From assembly GCA_045633705.1 (NCBI GenBank), contig JAZQYV010000017.1, positions 2,916 to 66,915 of the forward strand: DNA of 64,000 bases, written 5' to 3'. Source of the DNA: Candidatus Onthoplasma sp. (lineage in GTDB: Bacteria; Bacillota; Clostridia; Christensenellales; UBA1242). Position numbers and translations under genes: made by a program. Within the stretch, counting starts at the first letter, position 1; each line of letters opens with the position of its first letter. Under the pieces are notes generated by a model. The model was not told where the DNA came from. It made no database searches and saw only the letters and a program-made list of their open reading frames with translations. Shown one piece after another: positions 18,649 through 29,283 of the stretch.

Positions 18649-18676
18649 TTGACAAAATTTGTATTTGTGATATAAT
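18649..18676 (+). promoter_or_regulatory. sigma-70-type promoter inside a conserved 23-nt block
   Basis: TTGACA, 16 nt, TGaTATAAT; block TTTTTTATTTGCCTATTGACAAA at 18634-18656 recurs at 24661 and 63005. Confidence 0.7.
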
Positions 18677-18695
18677 TCGGTTATAGGAGTAGATT

Positions 18696-19286
18696 ATGAA
18701 AGTGGAAGTTAATAGCCTTGTGCGTGCAGGAGAAATTAAACACCTTGAAGATAAAGGTGCGGTGGCGGAATATGAAGTGCTTGAATTTACACGTCAAGAT
18801 ATAATTGATAAAACCGAAACAGCCGTTAAGTATTATGAGAGCCTTAAACAGTTGCTTGAAATTAAAACCAAGCAATACGTTGAATCTGGTATGGAAACTG
18901 ATGAACAAGAAAACAAAAAATTAAATTTACTAATTGATATTGAAGAATTGGTTTATACTTTTGCGTGGTATAATGACGTTTCATGGTTAGATGTTTGGAA
19001 CAGGGCAAAGCTTGGCAGTATGCAAACATTTGCAAAATATGCACGCGTTGGCGAGCCTAACTTTGCGGGCTGTGTTAAAGAATATTTAACATTTGAAGAT
19101 AAGGACGACTTAAGTTATATAGAAATGGCATTGTTTGATGAACTTAAAAAGTTTAGCGCTAGCCCTAGTTTTTATTTCAAGTTTCAAGATAGACGAAAAG
19201 CCAAGAAAAACAGGCTTGGTGGCTATAAGGCAGGCCATTATTTAAAGAGCATTGAATATGCAAATATTCAAGGGCAAAATAAATAG
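18696..19286 (+). CDS. hypothetical protein
   Basis: 196 aa; TAGGAG RBS; no motif recognised. Confidence 0.6.
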   Translation: MKVEVNSLVRAGEIKHLEDKGAVAEYEVLEFTRQDIIDKTETAVKYYESLKQLLEIKTKQYVESGMETDEQENKKLNLLIDIEELVYTFAWYNDVSWLDVWNRAKLGSMQTFAKYARVGEPNFAGCVKEYLTFEDKDDLSYIEMALFDELKKFSASPSFYFKFQDRRKAKKNRLGGYKAGHYLKSIEYANIQGQNK

Positions 19287-19355
19287 AATTTTAGTTAATT
19301 TGCTTTACAAATTTATAACAATCAATTATTATTAGTACACTTAAAAGGAAATACA

Positions 19356-19925
19356 ATGAAATTATTTGAACAAATACGTAAAAAGTATGAAGGCAGACTG
19401 CTTGCCAAGGAGCAAAAGAGGCAAGAAGAAATAAAGCGCCAACAACAAGAAAAACAAAACTATATTGAAGAGCTTTTGAACTCAACAGTTGAAGAGCAAT
19501 TTTTGTTGGAATTGTCGTGTGATTTTTATAACACAAAGGGCAAATACACATACAGCACATACGATTATTTTATTAGCGACACAAAGCGTAATGAGTTGAA
19601 GTATGGAGATAGGTTTACTATTACAAAAATTAGCGGGGGCAATATTGGAGGCAAATTTACAGCAACTGTAGGGAAAATGTCAAGTTTGAGCATGGCTAGG
19701 GCTACAAGCAATATTAAAGCATATGTTGATGGGGCAAAACTACAAGGCTTTACTGAAGATGTGCCATACATACCAGCAAAATGTAAAACTGAAGAAGGGG
19801 TTTCGGTAAGAGAGTTAAATATCTATGCAGACCAACAAAACAACAAACGTAGAGAAGATTATGCTCAAAATAAATTAAAGATGCAACAATTAGAACAGGA
19901 ACATCAAGACAAATTTTTTAGATAA
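19356..19925 (+). CDS. hypothetical protein (paralog family A, intact copy)
   Basis: 189 aa; N-terminus MKLFEQIRKKYEGRLLAK and core GDRFTITKISGGNIGGKFTATV are mirrored in the next reading frame. Confidence 0.6.
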   Translation: MKLFEQIRKKYEGRLLAKEQKRQEEIKRQQQEKQNYIEELLNSTVEEQFLLELSCDFYNTKGKYTYSTYDYFISDTKRNELKYGDRFTITKISGGNIGGKFTATVGKMSSLSMARATSNIKAYVDGAKLQGFTEDVPYIPAKCKTEEGVSVRELNIYADQQNNKRREDYAQNKLKMQQLEQEHQDKFFR

Positions 19926-19942
19926 CCACATAGGAGAACATA

Positions 19943-20548
19943 ATGACATTATTTGAACTAATACGTAAAAAGCATGAAGATAGAATACTTGCAAAAGCCA
20001 AATTAATAGAAGAAAATAGATTAAAGCAAGAGTAAACAGATGAAATATGTACAACACACGAAGTAGAAAGTGTTTGTGATGAACAAGCAGAAATTAAACA
20101 AGAGACATTAGAGGAGAAGATTCTAAATAGCAAAATACTAGTAGATTATGTTATATCTATGTATCACGACGTGAAAGGGGATTGGGAAAACAGAGATTTC
20201 CTTCAAGAATATTTTTTGAGTGACGTGGAAATAAAAGATATGCAACCTGGAGAAAAATATAGCGTAATGCAAATAACTGGCAAAAACATTGGCTTAAAAG
20301 CAACATTAATAATTAAATATGGAAGCCCTGTTGATGTTTCAGCAGAATTAGTAGATTGTGATGGAAAATTGTGGTTTGGAGATACTAGACTTTCTATGAC
20401 AAGATATATACATTTATATAAGGACGATACGATTTCAACGCTAAACGACATGGTAAATGAAAGAAATGTAAAAGTATTAGAAAGATATAAAGAAGATATT
20501 GTACTAAAACAAAAAGGTCAAGAAACAGTTAGTCAGATTTTTAAATAA
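19943..20548 (+). pseudogene. tandem paralog of 19356-19925 interrupted by one in-frame TAA (20033-20035)
   Basis: TAGGAGAAC RBS + ATG 19943 gives MTLFELIRKKHEDRILAK...KQE*. The same frame continues without further stops into the 20159-20548 track ORF (GEKYSVMQITGKNIGLKATLII). Confidence 0.6.
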
Positions 20549-20691
20549 AAAATTATATCTTTAACTAATTTACAATATAATCATAGTATTTTAGTTAAAG
20601 GTTTTTTTATTGCTTGATTTTATTTAATAATGTTGCTATAATCTAGTTATAATGAGATAATTGTGCTAAGTGGCACTAAAAGGAAGAGTTT

Positions 20692-21282
20692 ATGTTAGCG
20701 TTTATTAATGGAATTTTAAGGGAAAAATATGAAGGGATTGCAGTTATTGAGTGCAATGGATTAGGGTATGAGTTAATCCTTACCAATTCAGCATTTTGTA
20801 ATCTACCTAACGAGGACGAGCAAGTTAAACTTCCAACATACTTGCATATTAGGGAAGATGAATGGTTGATTTTTGGATTTAGTAGCGTGGAAGAAAAAAG
20901 TTTGTTCCTACAACTTATTACTGTTAGTGGTGTTGGGGCAAAGACGGCTATTCAAATTTTATCTGGTGTAAAACAAAGCGATTTGGTTAACTCGATTGTT
21001 AGTGGTGATAGCCACTTGATATCTACCGTTAAAGGTATTGGCAAAAAGACTGCTGAACGCATTGTATTGGAACTTAAGGACAAACTTAATCCATATGAAT
21101 ATGTATTGCCATTGTTTGAACAACGTGAAGAAAGTGACCCAACCGCCATTGAAGATGCAGTACTTGTGCTTACTAGCCTAGGCATTAACAAACATCAAGC
21201 AACACAACTAGCACGCAAGGTGGCAGAGCCTACCGATAATGCTGAGCAAATTGTGGCAAAAGCTTTACGAAACATGAACTAA
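20692..21282 (+). CDS. ruvA: Holliday junction DNA helicase subunit RuvA
   Basis: 196 aa; LITVSGVGAKTAIQILS and GIGKKTAERIVLELK HhH motifs. Confidence 0.9.
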   Translation: MLAFINGILREKYEGIAVIECNGLGYELILTNSAFCNLPNEDEQVKLPTYLHIREDEWLIFGFSSVEEKSLFLQLITVSGVGAKTAIQILSGVKQSDLVNSIVSGDSHLISTVKGIGKKTAERIVLELKDKLNPYEYVLPLFEQREESDPTAIEDAVLVLTSLGINKHQATQLARKVAEPTDNAEQIVAKALRNMN

Positions 21283-21315
21283 TAAACATCAAATACAATT
21301 TTAAAGGAAAACAAA

Positions 21316-22362
21316 ATGGAACAAGATAATAGATTTATATCAAGCACCAAAAATTTAAGTGATAGCGAAGTTGAAAACAAACTTCGCCCTATTACGTTTG
21401 ATGAATATGTTGGCCAAGAAAAGATTAAGGGAAATTTACGAGTGTATATAGATGCGGCTAAAAAGCGTAAAGAGGCGTTGGACCACGTGCTTTTATACGG
21501 ACCACCAGGACTTGGTAAAACCACGCTTAGCCATATTATAGCCAGTGAAATGGGCAGTCAAATTAAGGTAACTAGCGGTCCTGCTATTGAGCATGCGGCA
21601 GACCTTGCAGCAGTGCTAACCAACCTTAATAAAAATGATGTATTGTTTATTGACGAAATACACCGTCTTAATCGTAGCGTTGAAGAAATTTTGTACCCAG
21701 CAATGGAAGATTTTGCCCTTGACTTTATTGTAGGTAAGGGCCCATCAGCGCGCAGTATGAGATTGAAAATTCAACCATTTACGCTTATTGGTGCTACTAC
21801 CAAGGCAGGTAACCTTTCTAGCCCTTTGCGTGATAGATTTGGAGTGCTTGCACGTCTTGAAATGTACACCCCAGATGAGATTAAAACAATATTAAAGCGT
21901 AGTGCTAAAATATTGGGTGTAAATATTACTGATGAGGCTGCAGATGAGCTTGCACGCCGTAGCCGTGGCACACCACGTATTGCTAACCGCATTTTGCGCC
22001 GTGTGCGTGACTTCGTGCAAGTTGATGGTAAAAACATTATTGAAGTACAAGATGCTAAACGAGCACTTGACCTTATGGACATTGATACATTAGGATTAGA
22101 CTACACCGATAAAAAGGTGCTTGAAGCAATGATTGGCAAATTTGATGGCGGACCGGTGGGGCTTGATACACTTGCAGCATCAACTGGCGAAGAAAGTACA
22201 ACAATCGAAGATGTAATTGAGCCATATTTGTTGCAACTTGGATTTATTGCACGTACTCCACGTGGACGTGTGGTGCTTAGACCTGCATACGAGCATTTTG
22301 GAATGAAAGTGCCAAAACATTTGGAAAAAATTGACAACGAGGAAAACAATGAAGGAAATTAA
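21316..22362 (+). CDS. ruvB: Holliday junction DNA helicase RuvB
   Basis: [50 protein letters not shown]. Confidence 0.97.
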   Translation: MEQDNRFISSTKNLSDSEVENKLRPITFDEYVGQEKIKGNLRVYIDAAKKRKEALDHVLLYGPPGLGKTTLSHIIASEMGSQIKVTSGPAIEHAADLAAVLTNLNKNDVLFIDEIHRLNRSVEEILYPAMEDFALDFIVGKGPSARSMRLKIQPFTLIGATTKAGNLSSPLRDRFGVLARLEMYTPDEIKTILKRSAKILGVNITDEAADELARRSRGTPRIANRILRRVRDFVQVDGKNIIEVQDAKRALDLMDIDTLGLDYTDKKVLEAMIGKFDGGPVGLDTLAASTGEESTTIEDVIEPYLLQLGFIARTPRGRVVLRPAYEHFGMKVPKHLEKIDNEENNEGN

Positions 22363-23386
22363 TTATACTAATTTAAATACTTACGATTACAACTTGCCTG
22401 AAGAGTTGATTGCGCAAACGCCATTGGAGCCTAGAGATAGTTCACGTATGTTGGTGTATAATCGTAAGATAGATACAATAGAACATAAACATTTTTACGA
22501 TATTGATAATTATTTAAAAGCGGGCGATGTGCTGGTTATAAACAACACTCGTGTAATACCTGCAAGATTGTATGGCTACAAAGCAACTGGAGCAAAGATT
22601 GAAACTTTGCTACTAAAGCGTCATAGCTTGACAGTGTGGGAATGTTTGATGAAGCCAGCCAAGCGTTTGCATATTGGTGATGAACTAGTGTTTAATGAAG
22701 AATTAAAATGTAAACTGCTTGAAATTATGCCAGATGGCAACCGTAAAATAGAGTTTATATATGATGGCGTGTTGGAAGATATTTTAACCCGTGTTGGGCA
22801 AATGCCATTGCCACCATATATACGTGAAAAACTTAAAAATCAAGAACGTTATCAAACCGTATACAACAAAGTCACTGGTTCGGCAGCAGCACCAACTGCA
22901 GGTCTGCACTTTACACCAGAACTTATTGAACGTTTAAAAGATAAAGGTGTGATATTTGCCGAAGTTACGCTTGATGTTGGGCTTGGCACATTTAGGCCTT
23001 GTAAGGAAGATGATATCACCAAGCACGATATGCATACCGAGCATTATAACATCAGCGCTGAAACTTGTGATATTATAAATAAAGCCAAGGCCGAAGGCAG
23101 ACGAGTGATTGCAGTAGGAACAACCAGTGTGCGCACGCTTGAAAGTGTGGCAAGATATGGCTTGCCATTAAAGGCTACCAGCGAAGATACATCGATATTT
23201 ATATATCCACCATATCAGTTTAAGGTGGTAGATGCTATGATTACCAATTTCCACTTGCCCAAATCTACACTTATAATGCTAGTATCAGCATTTGCAGGGC
23301 TAGACAATACTATGAAAATATACAATACTGCGGTGGCGGAAAAGTATAGGTTCTTTTCGTTTGGGGATTGTATGCTGGTGCTATAA
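22349..23386 (+). CDS. queA: S-adenosylmethionine:tRNA ribosyltransferase-isomerase
   Basis: [44 protein letters not shown]; ATG 22349 chosen (track opens at 22331). Confidence 0.94.
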   Translation: MKEINYTNLNTYDYNLPEELIAQTPLEPRDSSRMLVYNRKIDTIEHKHFYDIDNYLKAGDVLVINNTRVIPARLYGYKATGAKIETLLLKRHSLTVWECLMKPAKRLHIGDELVFNEELKCKLLEIMPDGNRKIEFIYDGVLEDILTRVGQMPLPPYIREKLKNQERYQTVYNKVTGSAAAPTAGLHFTPELIERLKDKGVIFAEVTLDVGLGTFRPCKEDDITKHDMHTEHYNISAETCDIINKAKAEGRRVIAVGTTSVRTLESVARYGLPLKATSEDTSIFIYPPYQFKVVDAMITNFHLPKSTLIMLVSAFAGLDNTMKIYNTAVAEKYRFFSFGDCMLVL

Positions 23387-23418
23387 AATAATAAACCTAG
23401 ACTTTTCTAAATGTATTT

Positions 23419-23446
23419 AATAAGGCTTTAATGCCTTATTTTTTAT
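23419..23446 (+). terminator. rho-independent terminator
   Basis: AATAAGGC-tttaat-GCCTTATT followed by TTTT. Confidence 0.8.
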
Positions 23447-23453
23447 TTATATC

Positions 23454-23481
23454 TTGACAAACGTTTAATTTGTGATATACT
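23454..23481 (+). promoter_or_regulatory. sigma-70-type promoter with extended -10
   Basis: TTGACA, 16 nt, TGaTATACT. Confidence 0.65.
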
Positions 23482-23507
23482 ATGGATACAAAATTAAGGA
23501 GAAGAAT

Positions 23508-24632
23508 ATGGACATGACACATATAGAAAATTATGATAAAATGAAAGTTCTTGAAATGGCTATTGAAAATATGCGAAAATATATGCGTGGCGGAGCAGGG
23601 TTTATTAATAAAGAAGTAGTCATCAACTATCTTATCGACCAAGGTCATAGAGGACTTGCTTTTGGTGAAGCGATAGAAAGGTTGTATAAAGAAACCTGTT
23701 TTACAGATAAGGCTGATTCAAGGGCTTTGGATATTTTGCGCTGGATGGCTAAAATATTTGGTAATGCTGAAATTTTTATGAACAGTGATTGCCCTACAAG
23801 AGCAAAAACAGGGTTTAAACAAATTGGCTATTGGTGTACATATGCTGATATATTAAGCCGAAGTGAAAAGGATATTAGAAAGCTTCGCAATATGGGTAAT
23901 AAAACATTTGAAGACTTCAAGGATTGGTTTGAATATCAAGGCTATGAGTTGTTTACTGAATTGGAATTAGATGTTTTAAGAAGTATTAATTTTAATTTTT
24001 ATGGTGAAAGTAGAAGTTTGGAAACCTTAAAAGAGTTATTGCATATGCCTCAAATTACCAGAAAGATTGCAAAAAATCATATGCTATGGAATCCAGTAAT
24101 AAAAATGTGGGAAGGCAATATGTTTGACAGGCTAAAACCTGAAGAACAAGTAGTAGAGACTATGGAAAGCCAAATAGAGCAACACAATGCAAGTTCAGAT
24201 AAACAAACTAAAGTAAATTTGCCTAGAAGGGCTACATTAATTAATATGGAGCCAGAGAAAGGAACGAAATATTTTACAATAGGTAAAGGCGAAGAAATTA
24301 GGCAAGAAATAAACAACGAAAGAGTTACAAGCCATAGTGAGCGTCTAATTCGTGAACGTATCACACATTATGCAGTTGAAATGACAAAACAAACACCAAA
24401 GGTTAAGAAAATTAAATTAGACGAAAAGAAATACATTACTAACAACGATTTGTTTAATATTATTAAAACTAATCCTAATAGCATATACGATATTGACCCA
24501 AATTATATCAGAATAAGTGGCGATATTATTTATGACTATATTATGAAAAGTGATTTAGATGTTAGGACAAAGTTTGATTTGATTGAATATGTTAAACGAG
24601 TTAATGATTTTAAAGAAGAGTTAAAATTTTAG
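23508..24632 (+). CDS. hypothetical protein with an RNA polymerase alpha-CTD-like helix-hairpin-helix module
   Basis: 374 aa; CPTRAKTGFKQIGYWCTYADILSRSEKDIRKLRNMGNKTFEDFKDWFEYQGYEL parallels alpha-CTD (SVRSYNCLKRAGINTV..L......L..VRNLGRKSLEEVK..L...GL); ATG 23508 behind AAGGAGAAG. Confidence 0.6.
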   Translation: MDMTHIENYDKMKVLEMAIENMRKYMRGGAGFINKEVVINYLIDQGHRGLAFGEAIERLYKETCFTDKADSRALDILRWMAKIFGNAEIFMNSDCPTRAKTGFKQIGYWCTYADILSRSEKDIRKLRNMGNKTFEDFKDWFEYQGYELFTELELDVLRSINFNFYGESRSLETLKELLHMPQITRKIAKNHMLWNPVIKMWEGNMFDRLKPEEQVVETMESQIEQHNASSDKQTKVNLPRRATLINMEPEKGTKYFTIGKGEEIRQEINNERVTSHSERLIRERITHYAVEMTKQTPKVKKIKLDEKKYITNNDLFNIIKTNPNSIYDIDPNYIRISGDIIYDYIMKSDLDVRTKFDLIEYVKRVNDFKEELKF

Positions 24633-24638
24633 TAAAAA

Positions 24639-24667
24639 TAGGGTGTAGAGGTACACCTTATTTTTTG
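24639..24667 (+). terminator. rho-independent terminator
   Basis: TAGGGTGTA-gagg-TACACCTTA followed by T6, which runs into the next promoter block. Confidence 0.7.
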
Positions 24668-24675
24668 TTTGCCTA

Positions 24676-24703
24676 TTGACAAATTTTAAATCTGTGGTAC
24701 AAT
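24676..24703 (+). promoter_or_regulatory. sigma-70-type promoter inside conserved 23-nt block
   Basis: TTGACA, 16 nt, TGgTACAAT; block TTTTTTGTTTGCCTATTGACAAA at 24661-24683. Confidence 0.7.
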
Positions 24704-24727
24704 ACACTTAAATACAAAGGAGAAAAT

Positions 24728-26758
24728 ATGGAAAGGATTATACCAGAATTAATTGAGAGATTATCACACGCTGAAAGGCTGGAAAGAGCAATTAATATAT
24801 TACATGCCTGGCATAAAGAATATGGCACATTAGGCAATATTAAAATAGACAGTGTACTTGTATATAATGGCGAATCTGTAAATATGAAGCCTATTATTAC
24901 TAAAATTAGAGGTCATTATAAGAACGGAAAATTAAATCAAGAAACAATTAAACTTCTAGAAGATATGGGATTTGAGTGGAAACATGATAGATGGTCGGCA
25001 ATCAGAGCATACTATGAGGAATTTGGTACACTAGAAGGAATAAACTATAAAACAACATATGAGCATAATGGGAAAACGGTCTGTATAAGCAACATAATTG
25101 GGATGTTACGCCAAGAATATAAAAAAGGGACACTACCACAAGAAATAATTGAAGAGTTTGGCAAAATGGGTATAGTTTGGTCAATCAAAATGCAATATGA
25201 AGACAAGGTGCTTATGTTTAAACAATATTGCTTAGATGGCGGAGAATTGAAAGACATATCTAAAACTACTACATATAAATATAATGGCAGAAATATTAAA
25301 ATAGGCGAAATTGTTAGCGATTTAAGAGAGAAGTACGCTAACGGAGAATTGCCTGAAGATATTATTAAGCAATTAAGTGAATTGGGCATGTTGTGGAGTG
25401 TTCGCCCACGAATTAATATGGATAAAATGTATGTGTTTAGAGCATATTTTAAGGAACACGGAACACTAGCGGATATAAAAAGTACCACTAAGTATACTTA
25501 TCAAGGCAAAGAAGTTGCTTTGGGTATGTTGGTATTTAATTGGAGAAGGGGCGAACGTAAAGAAAAGTTAACCCAACAAGAGATTGATGAATTAACCAGC
25601 ATGGGTATGGTATGGGAAAATAAAGATAAATCTACCGAACTTAAACTGGATATTTTAAAAGCATATGTTAGTGCTGGAAATGCTATAGAAGATGTTCAAA
25701 CAGACACAATATTTGAATATGATGGCAAACCTATCAAAATGTATAGTTTATTAATGAGATTGCGCAGTTTGAACAGAAAGAATAAATTATCTAACGAAGA
25801 AAAACAGATAATTAGTGGGCTTGGGGCAGTGAAAAGCAAAAAAACATTAGAAGAAAGATATGCGGTTTTAGTTGCGTATTACAATCAATATGGTTCGCTA
25901 GATAATATTGCTAGTGATGAAAAGTTTGAGTATAATGGAGTTATATATAATATTGGCAGTCAAATAGCAGCATTAAGATCAAGACACACGAATAATAGTT
26001 TGAAGCCAGATGTAATTGAATTTTTGGAAGGCTTGGGTATGGTGTGGCGAAAGCGTGATATTAGAATGTCGTTTGCTGATAAACTGGAGGTGCTAAAAAC
26101 ATATACACAACAAAACAACAAAACTCTTGCCGAGGTAGAAGTTGATGAAATATTTAAGTATGAGGGAAGAAACATTAAAATTCACATTTGGATTTCAGGA
26201 TTTAGAGTTGCATACGCAAGTGGTGAGCTAAGTGCAAATCAAGCGCAGGAATTAGAAAATTTAGGCATTATGTGGGACGGTAAACGAAATTATCGAAATA
26301 TGCATTTTAATAGGCAAATTGAAATCTTAGAACAATATGCGTCCGAGCATGGAGGAACTATACGCCAGGCGAAAGCAAAAGAAATATATTACTATAATGG
26401 TGAAAAATTTTATCTAAAAGATGTAATTTATCGTTTGCAGGGTAAATATGCTGAAACTCTTACTGAAGAACAAATCAGACGATTATCAGCTATAGGTATG
26501 ATTTGGAGTGGTGTAAGCGGTCACAAGATTAATGTCTTAAAAGCGTATGCTTCTAAATTTGGCTCAATTAAAGATATTAAAATGACTGAAAAGTTTGAGT
26601 ACAATGGTTATGAAGAATCTATTGGACGATGGATGCATGCTTATAGAACAGATTACAAATTTGATAAGCTAAAAGAGGACATAATTAAACAATTAGAAGA
26701 ATTGGGTATGGTTTGGAATATGACTCTTGGCAGGCGTCCAGCTGAACAATCGTTATAA
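24728..26758 (+). CDS. protein made of 9 tandem helicase-associated (HA)-domain-like repeats
   Basis: 676 aa; nine ~68-75-aa units with the pattern (Y/F)xxxxGxLxxI......Y.Y.G..(I/V).(I/L)G......R..Y..G.L....I..L...G(M/I)(V/I)W. Confidence 0.65.
   Translation: MERIIPELIERLSHAERLERAINILHAWHKEYGTLGNIKIDSVLVYNGESVNMKPIITKIRGHYKNGKLNQETIKLLEDMGFEWKHDRWSAIRAYYEEFGTLEGINYKTTYEHNGKTVCISNIIGMLRQEYKKGTLPQEIIEEFGKMGIVWSIKMQYEDKVLMFKQYCLDGGELKDISKTTTYKYNGRNIKIGEIVSDLREKYANGELPEDIIKQLSELGMLWSVRPRINMDKMYVFRAYFKEHGTLADIKSTTKYTYQGKEVALGMLVFNWRRGERKEKLTQQEIDELTSMGMVWENKDKSTELKLDILKAYVSAGNAIEDVQTDTIFEYDGKPIKMYSLLMRLRSLNRKNKLSNEEKQIISGLGAVKSKKTLEERYAVLVAYYNQYGSLDNIASDEKFEYNGVIYNIGSQIAALRSRHTNNSLKPDVIEFLEGLGMVWRKRDIRMSFADKLEVLKTYTQQNNKTLAEVEVDEIFKYEGRNIKIHIWISGFRVAYASGELSANQAQELENLGIMWDGKRNYRNMHFNRQIEILEQYASEHGGTIRQAKAKEIYYYNGEKFYLKDVIYRLQGKYAETLTEEQIRRLSAIGMIWSGVSGHKINVLKAYASKFGSIKDIKMTEKFEYNGYEESIGRWMHAYRTDYKFDKLKEDIIKQLEELGMVWNMTLGRRPAEQSL
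24770..26745 (+). repeat. nine in-frame tandem coding repeats (~205-225 nt each)
   Basis: Each repeat ends in MGFEWK / MGIVWS / LGMLWS / MGMVWE / LGAVKS / LGMVWR / LGIMWD / IGMIWS / LGMVWN. Confidence 0.7.
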
Positions 26759-26760
26759 TA

Positions 26761-26797
26761 AAAACAAGGTCGTATGTTTAATGCGACTTTGTTTTTT
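26761..26797 (+). terminator. rho-independent terminator
   Basis: AAAACAAGGTCG-loop-CGACTTTGTTTT. Confidence 0.75.
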
Positions 26798-26800
26798 GTC

Positions 26801-26829
26801 TTGACAACAATCAAGAATATAAGTATAAT
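26801..26829 (+). promoter_or_regulatory. sigma-70-type promoter
   Basis: TTGACA, 17 nt, TATAAT. Confidence 0.7.
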
Positions 26830-26884
26830 AAAATTATATAGTGGCGAAATATAATCACGCCTTAAAGACATTAAAGGTAAATAA

Positions 26885-28009
<1,125 letters not shown>

Positions 28010-28180
28010 GTATTGTTTTGTTTACAGTGGGTTAATATATAATTTATAGACAAATAAAAAGATGGAAATTTGATGTATTGAATAGAATTTTGTAGTTTTG
28101 ATATAAAAATAATTTTTATTTAGTAAATTGTTTGACTTTAATGGTTAATTTATGGTAAATTTAAATTGTGGGGGATAATT

Positions 28181-28528
28181 ATGGACTTTTCAAGTGTATT
28201 AATGATTGTTATTTTGTTATTCTTGGTTGCTTTAATGGTGATGGGCTATTTAAAACGTCGCAAGTTTTCAGCCTCATTACAACAACTTCGCAACGACATT
28301 AAAGTCGGCAACAAGGTTATGACCGACACTGGTGTTGTGGGTGAGATTGTTGATATTGCAACTGAAGGTGAACACAAATATTTTACAATCAAGTCTGGCA
28401 CTGACGATAAGTTTGGCTATGTTAAAGTTCACGCAAATGCAGTTTATTATGTATTTGATAAAGATGAGCCTAAATATGCCACAACTGAAAGTGCTGAAGA
28501 AGCTGAAGAAGATTCTAAAGCTGAATAA
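28181..28528 (+). CDS. yajC: preprotein translocase subunit YajC
   Basis: Single N-terminal TM then VGNKVMTDTGVVGEIVDI; ATG 28181 behind GGGGGA. Confidence 0.8.
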   Translation: MDFSSVLMIVILLFLVALMVMGYLKRRKFSASLQQLRNDIKVGNKVMTDTGVVGEIVDIATEGEHKYFTIKSGTDDKFGYVKVHANAVYYVFDKDEPKYATTESAEEAEEDSKAE

Positions 28529-28698
28529 TTGTGTTAGATTAGTTAATGTTTAGCATTAAACATAGCTAAAATTACAAAATAACTTAAAATTTTCATTAAA
28601 AAATGTTAAAAGAGCTAATATATTGGCTCTTTTTTTCATACATTTAAGTTATAAAAATAAAATTGAGCCCAGTAAGTATCAATTTTTAGGGAGGATAT

Positions 28699-29091
28699 AT
28701 GAAAGAAAAGTTAAAAAACATAAATTTTGCAAGCATTGCATCAATATTAAAATCCAGCTTGGTTGGGGTGATTGTTTCGATACTATTGGTACTAGTGTTT
28801 GCGTTCGTATTAAAGTTTGTTGATTTCAATTCTAATACAATTGCAATTGTAGACCAAATAATTAAGATAATTAGCATATTTATAGCAGTTGCTGTATTGA
28901 ATAAAAGCGTTGACAATCTTTTGCTTAAAGGCATTGTTGCTGGTGCGATATATGCTATAATCACTTTTATGGTGTTCTCGGTGCTAAATGGAGGCTTTAA
29001 CTTGGGTATTGGATTAATAAGCGATATTGCTTTTTCAGCCCTTGTAGGAGGGGTTGGTGCCATCGTCATTAATATTATAAAAAAGAAATAA
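28699..29091 (+). CDS. small multi-TM membrane protein (YrzE/TIGR04086-like by position after yajC)
   Basis: 130 aa, 4 hydrophobic segments; GGGAGGA RBS. Confidence 0.45.
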   Translation: MKEKLKNINFASIASILKSSLVGVIVSILLVLVFAFVLKFVDFNSNTIAIVDQIIKIISIFIAVAVLNKSVDNLLLKGIVAGAIYAIITFMVFSVLNGGFNLGIGLISDIAFSALVGGVGAIVINIIKKK

Positions 29092-29232
29092 TTTGTTAAA
29101 TATTTTATTAAAAATAAAGCTTAAAATTTTAAGTTTTATTTTTTGTTATATTTAAAGCATTTAAAAAAGTTTGATTTGTAGTTATTTTTAGCAATTTTTT
29201 GGTTAAAGATTGAGTAAGAGGGTAAAAATTAG

Positions 29233-29261
29233 TTGACATAAATTGATTAATCAACTATAAT
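29233..29261 (+). promoter_or_regulatory. sigma-70-type promoter
   Basis: TTGACA, 17 nt, TATAAT. Confidence 0.7.
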
Positions 29262-29283
29262 AACAAAGAAATTAGGAGAAGTT

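Noticed and set aside
20033-20035. The in-frame TAA read as evidence of stop-codon reassignment or programmed readthrough.
   Set aside because: TAA terminates many motif-verified genes in this window at the expected protein lengths (for example rpsP, rplS, ffh and tgt). A single nonsense change in a duplicated gene is the simpler explanation.
28332-28553. A 73-aa alternate-frame ORF overlapping the 3' half of yajC.
   Set aside because: It is out of frame with a well-supported yajC, has no RBS and has a low-complexity translation.
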